DNA from: a plasmid
Length of the DNA stretch: 64,000 bases
Strand: one strand, 5' to 3'
Assembly (NCBI RefSeq): GCF_054482525.1
Contig: NZ_JBTHVG010000003.1
Position numbers and translations under genes: made by a program. This document shows, in pieces, positions 9,699-19,840 of this stretch (within the stretch, counting starts at the first letter, position 1; every line of letters starts with the position of its first letter). Below the pieces are notes generated by a model, which saw nothing but the letters and a program-made list of their open reading frames with translations, did no database searches and was not told where the DNA came from.

Positions 9699-10676
9699 AT
9701 GAAACAAAAATTTAGGGCTACTGCAATAAGTAGTAATCAACTTAGTTTTTTTTCTATACTCGATATAGATGAAGATGAAATAACGCAAATAGTTGATTCA
9801 CCCAAAGAGCATTTAAATGATGCTTACACGTCCGGATTAAACTTTAAATCAGAAGAAAGTAACATTTCTGAGATAAATTATGATTCTGAAAGGCGTGAAA
9901 ATCACCTTTATGAAAAATCCAAATTACTTAAAAATCAGATTTTGCATACAATTAATTTTGCAGCAGAAACAGATTATCTATATACGGTTGAAGAATATAA
10001 CCCAGATTTGGGTGGTCTGGTAATAGAATGGACCCCTGAGGATGTGTATGTTGTTTTTCTATCCGCTATGGAAGAGTCTTTGGAAATCATTAAAGAACTA
10101 GTGTTGAGGAGAAAGTTATTCTTCAAAGATGACAATGGTAATATCACAGTGAATCCACTTTTAGAAGCTGAAACACGGTGGTATATGTCAAAATCATTTG
10201 AATACACTTGTTTATGTCATGGACTTGATGCATGTGAATTTAGAGCGGAATTAAAATCATGGCTCTATTATCATTCGCATCGTTCGATTAGTGAAAACAC
10301 GAAATTAGCTGAATGCAGGAATGATGATGAAATCATTTTGCATGATTGCAATGACGATATGGGCTGGGACATCTTCTTTGATCAGGATTATTTAATGTCA
10401 GAAAAAAAACTGGCTGTTAAATGGACTGACAGGGAAATTATGGATGTTTACATAAAAGCTTTTAAATCCACATTAGAGTTGTTTGACGAGCTTGTTTCAT
10501 GTGATCTGTTAACTAAACGAAACGCTTTTGGCAAGTTAGAAATCAATCCAATATTCGAAAATCATTTTGAATGGATCATGTCTGAAGCTTTTGAAATAGT
10601 GGGAAATCATCTTGGTTATAATGTGCCTCAAATCAGGAAACTGATGGCAACTATTTGCCAAATGAATCTCAAATAA
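9699..10676 (+). CDS. Hypothetical protein
   Basis: 325-aa ORF, GGAG RBS, no recognised motif. Confidence 0.5.
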   Translation: MKQKFRATAISSNQLSFFSILDIDEDEITQIVDSPKEHLNDAYTSGLNFKSEESNISEINYDSERRENHLYEKSKLLKNQILHTINFAAETDYLYTVEEYNPDLGGLVIEWTPEDVYVVFLSAMEESLEIIKELVLRRKLFFKDDNGNITVNPLLEAETRWYMSKSFEYTCLCHGLDACEFRAELKSWLYYHSHRSISENTKLAECRNDDEIILHDCNDDMGWDIFFDQDYLMSEKKLAVKWTDREIMDVYIKAFKSTLELFDELVSCDLLTKRNAFGKLEINPIFENHFEWIMSEAFEIVGNHLGYNVPQIRKLMATICQMNLK

Positions 10677-10733
10677 AATGCCACTGGCAAACATCTGCCA
10701 GAGGGCGGTGTTTGCATTTTACCGGAGTTAAAA

Positions 10734-11792
10734 ATGTCTAATGCCGCTATGAAGTTAAATGAAACATCTTCTGATGCTTATGAAAAATTAGAAGCTCTTC
10801 TTTCCCCGGATGTTATAAAGTTAAAACATTATGTGGATAAAGGTGAGTATCTTTTAGTTCTAGCAAAGGACCTTTTTGGTATTCCAGAAATGGATCCAAA
10901 GATGGCTGTGCCTGTTTTCAAAACTAAAACCTCGTATCGAGCTCCGCTGAACAAAGACTACATACCAAATCCCCGAATACTTGAACAAGTGGTTAAACTG
11001 CTTATCAGTCCGGATATAGATTTAAGTGTGTGTCTTAAAGGTGAGTCCGGTTCTGGCAAGACTGAAATGGTAATGTACATTAGCCACATGATGAATTGGC
11101 CGCTGACAATTAAGCAGATCAACAGCAATATTCGAGTTGATGAGCTTGAAGGTGAGCGCAGTCTTAATGGTGGTAATACAGGTTTTGTACACAGCGATTT
11201 GGTAACGGGATTTCGTAATGGTCACCTCATTCTTCTGGATGAAGTGGACAAAATCGATCCTGATACGGCAGCAAAACTTCACATGCCCATTGAACGTAAG
11301 CCCTGGTCACTCAGTGCTAATGGTGGTGAGGTTATAACTGCTAATGGCTACACGCGATTTATTGGTACTGCAAACACAAACATGAGTGGAGGCGCTCGCC
11401 GGTTCGTTTCTTCTCAACGTCAAGATGCAGCTTTTATAAAGCGGTTCTTGATAGTTGAAATGGAGAAGCCCGACAAAGTTGCTTTAACCAATGTGCTTAC
11501 TAAACGATATAGCTCTTTGCCTTTTCAGGTCATTGAGAAGTTCGTAAGAGTAGCGATTGCAGTAAATGACTCTGGTACAGAAGACAGTGTGATGGATATT
11601 CGTCAATTAGTAGCTTGGGTTGGCACGTCGATGACGTTAAAAACCTTTAGTCTTCTTGACACTTTCAAAATAGCTTTTGCTTCTGCTTTACCTTTACATG
11701 TGGTCGATCTTGTTCTTCAAGCTATAGATCTTTCTCTTGGCGAAGACAAGGATAAATCGCTGGAGTATTTCACAGCAAAAAAGTCGAGTTAG
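10734..11792 (+). CDS. AAA+ ATPase, CobS-like/MoxR-like
   Basis: Walker A GESGSGKTEM, Walker B LILLDEVDK, about 350 aa as in the CobS-like ATPases of conjugative elements and phages. Confidence 0.8.
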   Translation: MSNAAMKLNETSSDAYEKLEALLSPDVIKLKHYVDKGEYLLVLAKDLFGIPEMDPKMAVPVFKTKTSYRAPLNKDYIPNPRILEQVVKLLISPDIDLSVCLKGESGSGKTEMVMYISHMMNWPLTIKQINSNIRVDELEGERSLNGGNTGFVHSDLVTGFRNGHLILLDEVDKIDPDTAAKLHMPIERKPWSLSANGGEVITANGYTRFIGTANTNMSGGARRFVSSQRQDAAFIKRFLIVEMEKPDKVALTNVLTKRYSSLPFQVIEKFVRVAIAVNDSGTEDSVMDIRQLVAWVGTSMTLKTFSLLDTFKIAFASALPLHVVDLVLQAIDLSLGEDKDKSLEYFTAKKSS

Positions 11793-12109
11793 ATGGGATT
11801 TGTTATGAAACCTCTGATATTTGTATCTCAGAGTTATCCCATCTTGAATTTAGTGCGTTTTTAAGTACGGATGGTGCTGCTACCATTGCTATAGCAAAAA
11901 ACGGAACTAATTTTACTGGACTTATGCAACTGAATAACGACTATTCTTTATTGTTTTATCATGATGGTAAAATAAATATGGAAGGTCTGATTAAACAAAT
12001 GGAATTAAAAGGTTATATGTATCAGGGAGCAATGGGCAATGATGATGTTGTTGCTGAGTTTCCCGGTATTCTTTTAATTTCACCAGAGAAGCTTTAATAT
12101 CAACCCTAT

Positions 12110-12150
12110 CGGGAAATCTTTCCCGTTGGGGAGGGTTTCCCCTTTTTTTT
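12110..12150 (+). terminator. Tandem hairpins with T8 tract
   Basis: CGGGA-AATCTT-TCCCG then GGGG-AGGGTTT-CCCC followed by TTTTTTTT, immediately before the GGAG RBS of the next gene. Confidence 0.6.
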
Positions 12151-12160
12151 GGAGAAACCC

Positions 12161-13288
12161 ATGACTTTAAATACTTCAATGCTTAACAAAGTATCTGCAA
12201 AACAAATCTCTGAGAATTTTGCAAAATCATATCCAGATTTACTGGAAGGTGCAGTTATAACAAAAATTGAAATAAGTGGCTGTCAAGGATCGCGTCGAAC
12301 CGATAAAATCGATTTGTCTTATGATGGAGATGATATTACGGATCAAAAAAGCGTATCTAAAAGCGAAGTACGCTGGATTGACATAAAAGCCCTTAGCTTC
12401 AAAAGTACGATTACCAGCAGAATATCAACTCTTTGCTCACGCTTGTGCATCCGCTATAGCAATATGTGGATTTTACCAGTATCCAGTATGGAAGAGTTTC
12501 TGGAAGGGGCCCAAGAGATTGAACGAGAGTTTCAGGCAGGTATTCAAAACGTTGTAGACAATTATGAGATGCATATTGAGGCTGAAAAAAATAGAAGCCC
12601 AAGAATGTCTTCTTTGATTGATCAGTTGAAATTAACTAAAGATGATTTCATAAAATCCTTTAGATTTAATATTGCTCACTTTATTCCTTTTACGCCTATT
12701 AGCGTTGAAGGTGATGAAACCCAGGACTACTATCAGGAACAATTGATAACAGATCTGGCAGAAGAAGCAATGAAGGTTTATGAAAAAATTAGCAAAAATA
12801 ACAATTTGCGCTCAAGTACTATTGACCGACTGAAGCAAATGCAAAATAAGATCATTAGCTTCATGTTTATACATAAAGAGGCGGCAGTACTTGCAGAAGC
12901 TATAAAACACATAATGAATAATTTACCTAAAGGTGCCATTTCTGAACCTCGCGACGTTGCGGTGTTACAGCAGTGGTTTTATTTCATGAGTGATGCTTCA
13001 ATGTTAAAGCGTATTATTTCAGGAGAGCAAAAGGTTACTGACTGGTTGGAATCTATTACCAGATCATTTAATCAAAGCTCACAAACAGAACCGAACGCGC
13101 TACAGAACACAGGTATTGAAGCTATTTTAGATTCAACAAATGTGTTCCAGGTTGAACCTGTCGTAGAGAACGATATAAATAACAGCACGTTTTCAAACAC
13201 TGATCCTGTAGCTGAACCTGAGAAATCAGTTTCGCAACAGGAAGACAATGTTGAAAATGGTTTTGATATCGAGCTCAAAGGCTGGTAA
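12161..13288 (+). CDS. Hypothetical protein (between the AAA+ and vWA genes)
   Basis: Start moved to the ATG at 12161 with a GGAG RBS (the ORF-track TTG start at 12149 lies inside the terminator T-tract); no recognised motif. Confidence 0.5.
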   Translation: MTLNTSMLNKVSAKQISENFAKSYPDLLEGAVITKIEISGCQGSRRTDKIDLSYDGDDITDQKSVSKSEVRWIDIKALSFKSTITSRISTLCSRLCIRYSNMWILPVSSMEEFLEGAQEIEREFQAGIQNVVDNYEMHIEAEKNRSPRMSSLIDQLKLTKDDFIKSFRFNIAHFIPFTPISVEGDETQDYYQEQLITDLAEEAMKVYEKISKNNNLRSSTIDRLKQMQNKIISFMFIHKEAAVLAEAIKHIMNNLPKGAISEPRDVAVLQQWFYFMSDASMLKRIISGEQKVTDWLESITRSFNQSSQTEPNALQNTGIEAILDSTNVFQVEPVVENDINNSTFSNTDPVAEPEKSVSQQEDNVENGFDIELKGW

Positions 13289-13308
13289 CTGTTTGCTTTA
13301 TTAAAAAC

Positions 13309-13350
13309 CCCAGATGGGTACTTCACCATCTGGGTGAGTACCCCTTTTTT
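13309..13350 (+). terminator. Terminator-like element with two mutually exclusive stems
   Basis: CCCAGATGG / CCATCTGGG stem overlaps an alternative GGGTAC / GTACCC stem, followed by T6. Confidence 0.55.
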
Positions 13351-13365
13351 ATAAAGAGGTATTCT

Positions 13366-15378
13366 ATGAAATTAGATCTTAAATCATCACCGCGCCATAT
13401 TAAGCGTTTACAGAATATAGCAAAAGTCATTAGCGGCTTAGGCGATGTAAGAGTTGTAATAGACGACAATACCAAAGGACCGTATTTTGATCCTGTAAAT
13501 AAAGTTTGTGTTTTACCAAACGGCGATTATAGCGATGATGACTTTGTCAGTCTGATTGAAGGTTTTACCTGTCATGAAGCTGGTCATGGTCGCTATACCG
13601 ACAGCGAGGTTTACAGTGACGCCTTTAATAGTGTTCTCAAGTCATCTGAAGGGTTTACACGCTTCGATGACGGAATGAATGCAGAGTTTGAGAGCCTCGC
13701 TGAGAAACGTAAAGCTTATAGCAGGGCAAAACGTCTTACCGGGCTTATAAATCTGTTCGATGATGTACAGATGGAAGAGAAGGTTGGTAACGATTATCCG
13801 GATGCAAAGCGGCGGCTTGCAGCCACTTACGCACTGATGGTTAAAGCCGGAAGGATGACTCCTGATATATCTTCTCGTCCGGAAAATCCTGTCCTATTTA
13901 TTGAGTGGTATCTGCTTAACTCATTGCGAGTAAAAGTCCTTCAGCAGGCAGGTCACAAAGAAACACTCGATCCGTTTTTTGACTATGCCCAAAAGATACT
14001 TTCTCCAGTAATTTCTGATGTTGAGGAAATTTTTCATGATGCTCTTGGTTGTGAAAATACTCAGGGCTGTGAATCCCTTGCTCGTAAGACCCTGGCTCTT
14101 TTAGAGAGACTGCGGGATGAGGCAAGGGAACAACAGCAGCAGACAGAGCAGGAGGAGCAGGAGGCATATGATGAATCCGAGACCGATACCGATACCGATA
14201 CCGAATCAGAAGATAAATCGCTTGAGTCGACTGATAGTCGTGAGGATGATTCTGAGGACGATAGTGAAGGTCAGGCAGATACTTCCGATAACTCTGATCT
14301 TGCTCAAGAGGGATGTTCTGAGCCTTCAGAACTTGCTGAAGATAACGAGGGAAATAATGAACCCACCGGTGGCAATCCCACAGGTGATAACATTATTGAA
14401 GACGATACTGATGCGATTAACCCTTCCGAGAGTGAATCAGATGAAGCCAGTTCGACTAACGTTGAAGATGAAAGTAACTTTTCATCGGCTCAATGGGAGA
14501 TACTGGCAGATTTGTTGGATGCCTTTCTTGGCAGTGATGAGGATAGCGAAGATTATCACGATGCTTTGGCTAAAGAGATTGAAGGTATTGCATCAAAAGT
14601 ATCCGATGACGTGAAAGCCGAATTCGGTGCTTCTGAATGGGATATCCCTGATCTCCTTATCGATTTGAATGTTTACAATGAGGCTTTGTCTCTGAGTCAT
14701 TCAATCGGTAGCGACTTGTCTGTTTTACAGCAGGTTAAAATGCGTGGCCGAAACAAAACTCATGAGCGTGGAATTACCTTCGATGGAAATCGATTAATTC
14801 TGTCACCAATGGGAGTTCGTGATGTCTTCAGAGCTCAAAGCGAATCTAAAAATAGAGGGCATGTTGGCCTCGTATTAGTTCGTGATATTTCAGCGTCAAT
14901 GGCTAATGATGAAAGATATATTCATGCCATTAAGTCAGATCTTGCTTTATCGATGGCCGCTGAAAGTTTGTCAAAAATGCATGTCTCCAATATAGTCTTT
15001 CCCTTCAAGGAAAGTGAATTTGAGATTATCAAAACGTTTGATCAAAGCGTTGAGGAATCTCTATCGAAATTCACTCTTGGATGTAAGGGTTATTATACCC
15101 CTACGGGATCGGCTTTAATGGCAGCTGTTGATCTGTTACTTGACAGCCAATTCGATAGGAAAATAATTTTTCTTATAACTGATGGTTATCCGAATAAATC
15201 GGAATTTACTATCGGCGAAGTTATGGAAAAGGCTAAGTGTAATGGAATAGAAATCGTTGGTGTTGGTATTAAGACTGATGAAATAATTGGTTTTGAAACG
15301 GACACTTTCGTAACAGTTGATGATACTTCTTTATTGTCTATTGAAGTCAGTAAGCTAGTTCATCAAATACTTTCTTAA
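13366..15378 (+). CDS. von Willebrand factor A protein with acidic linker, CobT-like
   Basis: C-terminal vWA with MIDAS motif (LVLVRDISASM, later ITDG); long D/E/S/T-rich low-complexity middle region; AAGAGG RBS; downstream of the CobS-like ATPase. Confidence 0.75.
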   Translation: MKLDLKSSPRHIKRLQNIAKVISGLGDVRVVIDDNTKGPYFDPVNKVCVLPNGDYSDDDFVSLIEGFTCHEAGHGRYTDSEVYSDAFNSVLKSSEGFTRFDDGMNAEFESLAEKRKAYSRAKRLTGLINLFDDVQMEEKVGNDYPDAKRRLAATYALMVKAGRMTPDISSRPENPVLFIEWYLLNSLRVKVLQQAGHKETLDPFFDYAQKILSPVISDVEEIFHDALGCENTQGCESLARKTLALLERLRDEAREQQQQTEQEEQEAYDESETDTDTDTESEDKSLESTDSREDDSEDDSEGQADTSDNSDLAQEGCSEPSELAEDNEGNNEPTGGNPTGDNIIEDDTDAINPSESESDEASSTNVEDESNFSSAQWEILADLLDAFLGSDEDSEDYHDALAKEIEGIASKVSDDVKAEFGASEWDIPDLLIDLNVYNEALSLSHSIGSDLSVLQQVKMRGRNKTHERGITFDGNRLILSPMGVRDVFRAQSESKNRGHVGLVLVRDISASMANDERYIHAIKSDLALSMAAESLSKMHVSNIVFPFKESEFEIIKTFDQSVEESLSKFTLGCKGYYTPTGSALMAAVDLLLDSQFDRKIIFLITDGYPNKSEFTIGEVMEKAKCNGIEIVGVGIKTDEIIGFETDTFVTVDDTSLLSIEVSKLVHQILS

Positions 15379-15393
15379 TAAACTCTACCCAAT

Positions 15394-15422
15394 CGGGGCA
15401 AAAGGCCCCGGTGGGTCTTTTT
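15394..15422 (+). terminator. Terminator-like hairpin
   Basis: CGGGGC-AAAAG-GCCCCG stem, T5 tract a few nt downstream. Confidence 0.5.
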
Positions 15423-15449
15423 GCTCCATGAAGGAATAAGGAGCAAAAT

Positions 15450-15671
15450 ATGACTCAGATAAAAACTTACCGTGTAGAACATGAAAAAGTCGGTGCGATG
15501 CATAAAGTCCGTATTTTCGGACGTGTTGGTGAAGTTATAAGCAATGATAGCCCTCAGGAAAGAATCTTCCGCGAAGTCACTATAGCGGAGGGTAATAGCC
15601 AGCAGGCTGCGTTACTTGTAGATAACTACATACAGTGTCTTGAGAATAATGGCTTCACGACTGAAGCATAA
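15450..15671 (+). CDS. Small hypothetical protein (73 aa)
   Basis: TAAGGAG RBS 6 nt upstream of the ATG; bracketed by terminator hairpins. Confidence 0.45.
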   Translation: MTQIKTYRVEHEKVGAMHKVRIFGRVGEVISNDSPQERIFREVTIAEGNSQQAALLVDNYIQCLENNGFTTEA

Positions 15672-15676
15672 ATGTT

Positions 15677-15700
15677 GAGGGCCCCCGGGCCCTCTTTCTT
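15677..15700 (+). terminator. Terminator-like hairpin
   Basis: GAGGGCCC-CCG-GGCCCTC followed by a T-rich run. Confidence 0.55.
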
Positions 15701-15784
15701 AAATTCTGCGTTGTGGGTTTCTCCCTGTCTTCTGCACCGCAGAAGGCATTGAGAAACTCACAATGCCAGATAAGAGAGATCATC

Positions 15785-17017
15785 ATGACTTATGCATCCC
15801 CGGCTCTTCGTCGTAATCCACAGGAAGTATCTGAACACTTTATTAAACTCGTTCATGCTCGAATTGCTGAAGTGTCTGGCTGGAAGTATATATTCGAAAG
15901 AATACCTGCTTTCAAAGACGCTTGTGCAAAAGCCCCGAGCCAGGTTCCTTGCCCGTTTACTGGCGCAGGGAAATCGAAGTTTCGTTTCCGACAAAAAGAC
16001 CTTTATACCGGATGTGCGATCCATAATGACTTTCCGGTAAATGAGTTTTGCGACGGAATTGATGTTCTGGCGAAATATTATGAATTAAGTAAAACGCAGA
16101 CTTGCAAAAAGATTCTCTCAGATTTTTTCGGGATGGATCTGCATGCTCCGTTAACTGACGCCGACATTGAAAATGAACGACGCTATAAATCAGCAGTTCG
16201 TGCCACAGAAACTCTTGACCGAGAGGAAGTGGCAAAGCGAATGCGAAAACTTGATGTGATGTATCACTATACCGGTGAAATCAAGCCTAATACTCCTGTT
16301 GCTTTGTACCTCCGTAATCGTGGGATCTCCCGCTTACTGAGTCACTTACCAAAGGATTTAGGCTTTAATAACCGGATCTACTATTGGGATAAAGATAAGC
16401 AGAAATCGATTATCTATCCGGGAATGATTGCGATCTATCGTGACACCCGAGGTCGGCCTCTGACTATTCATAGAACATACGTAGACAAAAATGGTGATAA
16501 GGCACCTGTAGAAAATCCAAAGCTGATGATGAAGCCTCCTGCCGATATGACAGGTGGCTCAATTCAGTTGTTTGACCCTCACTATGATTCAGGTAGTTCG
16601 ACCTGGACACTGGGAGTGGCTGAAGGGATCGAGAACGCGCTTTCTGTTGTAGAAGCGACTTCAACACCATGCTGGGCAGCCAGCTCCGCATGGTGCCTTG
16701 AAAACGTTACTGTTCCTGATTTTTTACTGCCTCCGCCGGATGTAAAATCTATAAACTTTTATATCTGGGCGGATAAGGATATTGCTAACTCACAAGGCAC
16801 TCGTGCCGGTATTGAAGCTGCTCAGCGACTTCAAAGCCGCATGGTTGAGTTTTTGGCTAAACGATATCCCGCATCAAAGCTGACAATTGAAGTCTTCGAA
16901 CCAGCACAAGATATTCCTGATGGGAAAAAGGGTATCGACTGGAACGATGTTCTCCAGTTAACAGGGCAGGATGGATTCCCGATTCACTGGGCTCCTGAAT
17001 GTCTTAATCAGCTGTAA
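15785..17017 (+). CDS. DNA primase, CHC2 zinc finger + TOPRIM
   Basis: Zinc-finger-like CPFTGAGKSKFRF...C..H; TOPRIM-like GVAEGIENALS and YIWADKD; start moved to the ATG at 15785 (the ORF-track GTG at 15713 overlaps the upstream terminator). Confidence 0.7.
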   Translation: MTYASPALRRNPQEVSEHFIKLVHARIAEVSGWKYIFERIPAFKDACAKAPSQVPCPFTGAGKSKFRFRQKDLYTGCAIHNDFPVNEFCDGIDVLAKYYELSKTQTCKKILSDFFGMDLHAPLTDADIENERRYKSAVRATETLDREEVAKRMRKLDVMYHYTGEIKPNTPVALYLRNRGISRLLSHLPKDLGFNNRIYYWDKDKQKSIIYPGMIAIYRDTRGRPLTIHRTYVDKNGDKAPVENPKLMMKPPADMTGGSIQLFDPHYDSGSSTWTLGVAEGIENALSVVEATSTPCWAASSAWCLENVTVPDFLLPPPDVKSINFYIWADKDIANSQGTRAGIEAAQRLQSRMVEFLAKRYPASKLTIEVFEPAQDIPDGKKGIDWNDVLQLTGQDGFPIHWAPECLNQL

Positions 17018-17028
17018 CAACGATAACT

Positions 17029-17060
17029 CCCCCGCTTTTTGCGGGGGGGGTTATCTTATC
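17029..17060 (+). terminator. Rho-independent terminator after primase
   Basis: CCCCCGC-TTTTT-GCGGGGG stem (G8 run) followed by a T-rich stretch. Confidence 0.6.
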
Positions 17061-17287
17061 AATATTATATTTTAAAATTGTATTGATAAGATAACCGCTT
17101 TCCTTCGTGATAATTACCTGCCTTTAAGGTCTTTTCACGGCTGAGATGCTTGCTCAGTTAAATAAATGTGCGGTACTACTGGCTATGGTCGGTTGTATGA
17201 CATGGTTATTCCATAAACTATTAAAACCCATAACGGGAGTATTACCGTTATGGTGATGCTCGTCGTTTTACATCGGAGAGCATTTTA

Positions 17288-17809
17288 ATGAATTTTCAAA
17301 TTAACGAAGTTTTTAATAAATTTGCTGCTGTTATAAAATCGCGCATCGTCAATGAACCATCGTCATGCTATTTGCTGCATGATAATGAGATAGATATAAC
17401 GATTTTGAAACATAGCATATTAGAAAATGACAGAAACCTGTTGTACGTAGTTCGTCCTTCAGGAACGTGTTTGTTGCGTTGTGACAAATATTTCTATCCG
17501 AAATATTATCTTCGTTGCCGTGGAGATTATAAGTCATTCATATATGTCCATCTTGATCTACATAGTGGTGAAGCTAAAGAAATCACATGGGAGCAAGCAG
17601 ACGATATGCTGTCTAGTCCAGGAAAACCCCCATTAAAAGGGAATCTTGGACGATTTGAGTATATAAAAGTTGTGGTTGAGGACCTTCGTATTCGAGGTTA
17701 CGCTGATTATCTTCCTGCGTATAATCTTGATGACCTTCGCCGTTTTGCCTTACAGGACGACCGCCCATCCCTTGTCAGATACATTGACAATGTCATGGCA
17801 ACGGTCTGA
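17288..17809 (+). CDS. Hypothetical protein
   Basis: 173-aa ORF, AT-rich, no recognised motif. Confidence 0.45.
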   Translation: MNFQINEVFNKFAAVIKSRIVNEPSSCYLLHDNEIDITILKHSILENDRNLLYVVRPSGTCLLRCDKYFYPKYYLRCRGDYKSFIYVHLDLHSGEAKEITWEQADDMLSSPGKPPLKGNLGRFEYIKVVVEDLRIRGYADYLPAYNLDDLRRFALQDDRPSLVRYIDNVMATV

Positions 17810-17887
17810 TTGATTGCTAATTGATTTACATATTTTCCCTGATGGCCAACCTGCATCAGGGAGGCCTCAATAACGAATGGAGGCTGT

Positions 17888-18766
17888 ATGAAGTTAGCTA
17901 CGGACCTGGTAAAAGCTATTTTGATTAGAAATGGCGTTGAACCAGTAAATATAAGCGAATCATCTAAGTTATCTTTGAAACAACCACTGACAGAACTTAA
18001 ATTCAGTTTATATTTGCGAACTGAGCATTTATCTCACTTCCTACCCGGTTATGTTTATTCTATAAAAGAATGTCCACTGTCATATGACATCGGGATCGAA
18101 ATTCAGAAAATCTTCGAAAGTTTACATTTGTTAAACGAAGAATTTGAATCCCTCGGTTTTGTTTCTGTATGGATAGAAATGCATCAAAGCATTTTTGAAC
18201 AAAGTCGGTTTAAGAAAAGTAACTTTACTTTTCGGGAGGAAGAGGTCGAGCTTGCTAAAGGGCTTGTTTGTTCTCACAATTCACAAATAAGTAATGCGGC
18301 TTATTTCTGGCTTCAGCACTTTGAGGAGTTTATGATTTATGTTCGTAATAAGCTTATCGACCTCTTTCGAGAGGCCTATGACCTGATCCTTGGAATGCAG
18401 CAAGTATTTTTCATTCGGGAAAAGGAAGAGCTGTTGAAAACTATAAGTTATGGCGATGAGCTGTATGAGGTGAAATTCATGGCGGCTGAGCTTTACTCTA
18501 TCGAACAGAACTTAAAGTGTTCTGAATCGATAAGTACAAAATCTCAAGCTTCGGCATATATTAACCGCATCCGTGAGTTTGTGCGTTCGGGGTGGAGGCA
18601 GGGCTATATAGTCTGCCATCATAAGCGAAGTAATCAAATTTCATCATTGTCATTACCGATGTACTTGAAAGATACGTCAGGCCGAAGTGCTCGAAAGCGA
18701 GTAAAACGTCTTATATCTTCTACAGTTTGTGGTAGAAATAAAGATTTAGGTCTTACAGATTTTTAA
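17888..18766 (+). CDS. Hypothetical protein, first of a run of about 300-aa ORFs
   Basis: 292 aa, GGAGG RBS, preceded by the hairpin CCCTGATG...CATCAGGG at 17837-17861. Confidence 0.5.
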   Translation: MKLATDLVKAILIRNGVEPVNISESSKLSLKQPLTELKFSLYLRTEHLSHFLPGYVYSIKECPLSYDIGIEIQKIFESLHLLNEEFESLGFVSVWIEMHQSIFEQSRFKKSNFTFREEEVELAKGLVCSHNSQISNAAYFWLQHFEEFMIYVRNKLIDLFREAYDLILGMQQVFFIREKEELLKTISYGDELYEVKFMAAELYSIEQNLKCSESISTKSQASAYINRIREFVRSGWRQGYIVCHHKRSNQISSLSLPMYLKDTSGRSARKRVKRLISSTVCGRNKDLGLTDF

Positions 18767-18784
18767 TTAAATTATACCCATGTG

Positions 18785-18820
18785 GGGATCACACCCCATA
18801 TGGGAGTGATCCCTTTTTTT
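18785..18820 (+). terminator. Terminator hairpin with T7
   Basis: GGGATCAC...GTGATCCC stem (loop ACCCCATATGGGA) followed by TTTTTTT. Confidence 0.6.
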
Positions 18821-18836
18821 ATTGAGAGAGGATCAC

Positions 18837-19772
18837 ATGAAAATTATCGAAAAAATCATTAATGCCTTTTTGGTTGTTCAACATAAAAAAATACAGGTTA
18901 AAAACATTACATTTTTAGACAATGGGCAGGGCATGTTCTCTGGTATGTCTTTTGATGCTGATGTTTCACTGGAGTTTATGTATGAATCAGCAAAAGCATA
19001 TAGTTCTTGTTTCTGTGATATTCCCTTTCCAGGTTTTGAAGATGCAAATCTGGAGGAAATTACGAAATTTCAATTAGATGCTTTGAAGCAAAGAAAGAAT
19101 CATTCTTTCTTTGTTAACCATTTGAGGTTTCCTATAGTTTTAAGGGAAGGGTGCAAAATCGAAAGAGGAGAAGTCTATTCAATTTCGAATTGCACTTATA
19201 ATAAAGAAAGATTGCAGTATCTTTTTTCTCAGGATATTTACGGTAAGTTGTATAATTCCTTAGAGAAAGAATTAAGCTCGTTTTTCTCATTTATCAATGT
19301 TGAGGTGCACGAGTTGTTAAAAGATGCTGTATGCTTTGCATTAAAAATCCTGAATAAGATATCTTTGGATACACCTGAAAGACTTATTAAAGCTTTTAAT
19401 TATCGTGACTGGTATTGTAGTTACGATGTTGAGCTTTTTAGGAAAGGCTTACCTGGTCATATTCTGGAAGAGCTCATTGCTCCAGATATCTTACTTTCAG
19501 ACCTTAACGGTTGTAGAAAAATACTTAGAAATGCAAAACGATTTCTAAATGGACATACACAAACCAATTGTGTTTATATTAAATATGAATGGTGGTTGGG
19601 GCCTGTTGATACCTCACACTCAGCTAAGTTGATGTCTGACAAAGAAATTAATAACCGAAGTGACTTGAAGAATTTTTCAAAGGTCTTTTTCAAAGAGTGT
19701 TTAAGTTCTGGTAAGTCGGAATATGAAAACCATCTTAGTGAAAAAGAACATGCGCTTCGCTATAATTATTAA
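18837..19772 (+). CDS. Hypothetical protein
   Basis: Start moved to the ATG at 18837 with an AGAGAGG RBS; about 311 aa. Confidence 0.5.
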   Translation: MKIIEKIINAFLVVQHKKIQVKNITFLDNGQGMFSGMSFDADVSLEFMYESAKAYSSCFCDIPFPGFEDANLEEITKFQLDALKQRKNHSFFVNHLRFPIVLREGCKIERGEVYSISNCTYNKERLQYLFSQDIYGKLYNSLEKELSSFFSFINVEVHELLKDAVCFALKILNKISLDTPERLIKAFNYRDWYCSYDVELFRKGLPGHILEELIAPDILLSDLNGCRKILRNAKRFLNGHTQTNCVYIKYEWWLGPVDTSHSAKLMSDKEINNRSDLKNFSKVFFKECLSSGKSEYENHLSEKEHALRYNY

Positions 19773-19840
19773 TTAAAATTATTTTCTCCCATAGGGATTT
19801 CTCCCTATGGGAGAAATCCCTCTATTAAGAGGGTATTGAA

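Noticed and set aside
14117-14614. 165-aa plus-strand ORF inside the vWA gene
   Set aside because: Alternate frame of the acidic-linker region of 13366..15378; the repetitive, R/I-rich translation is an artefact of the repeat DNA.
10734-15378. Calling the AAA+ and vWA genes true cobaltochelatase cobS/cobT
   Set aside because: There is no cobalamin-pathway context; the resemblance is at family level (AAA+ ATPase, vWA with acidic linker), so they are labelled CobS-like and CobT-like only.
15713-15784. ORF-track N-terminal extension of the primase (and similar extensions at 42385, 41340, 35250, 37153, 32397)
   Set aside because: The upstream alternative starts overlap terminators or neighbouring genes and lack an RBS; internal ATG/TTG starts with Shine-Dalgarno sequences and operon-typical stop/start coupling were preferred.
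17043-17050. The G8 homopolymer as a phase-variation switch
   Set aside because: It lies in the non-coding stem of the primase terminator rather than in a coding sequence or promoter spacer.
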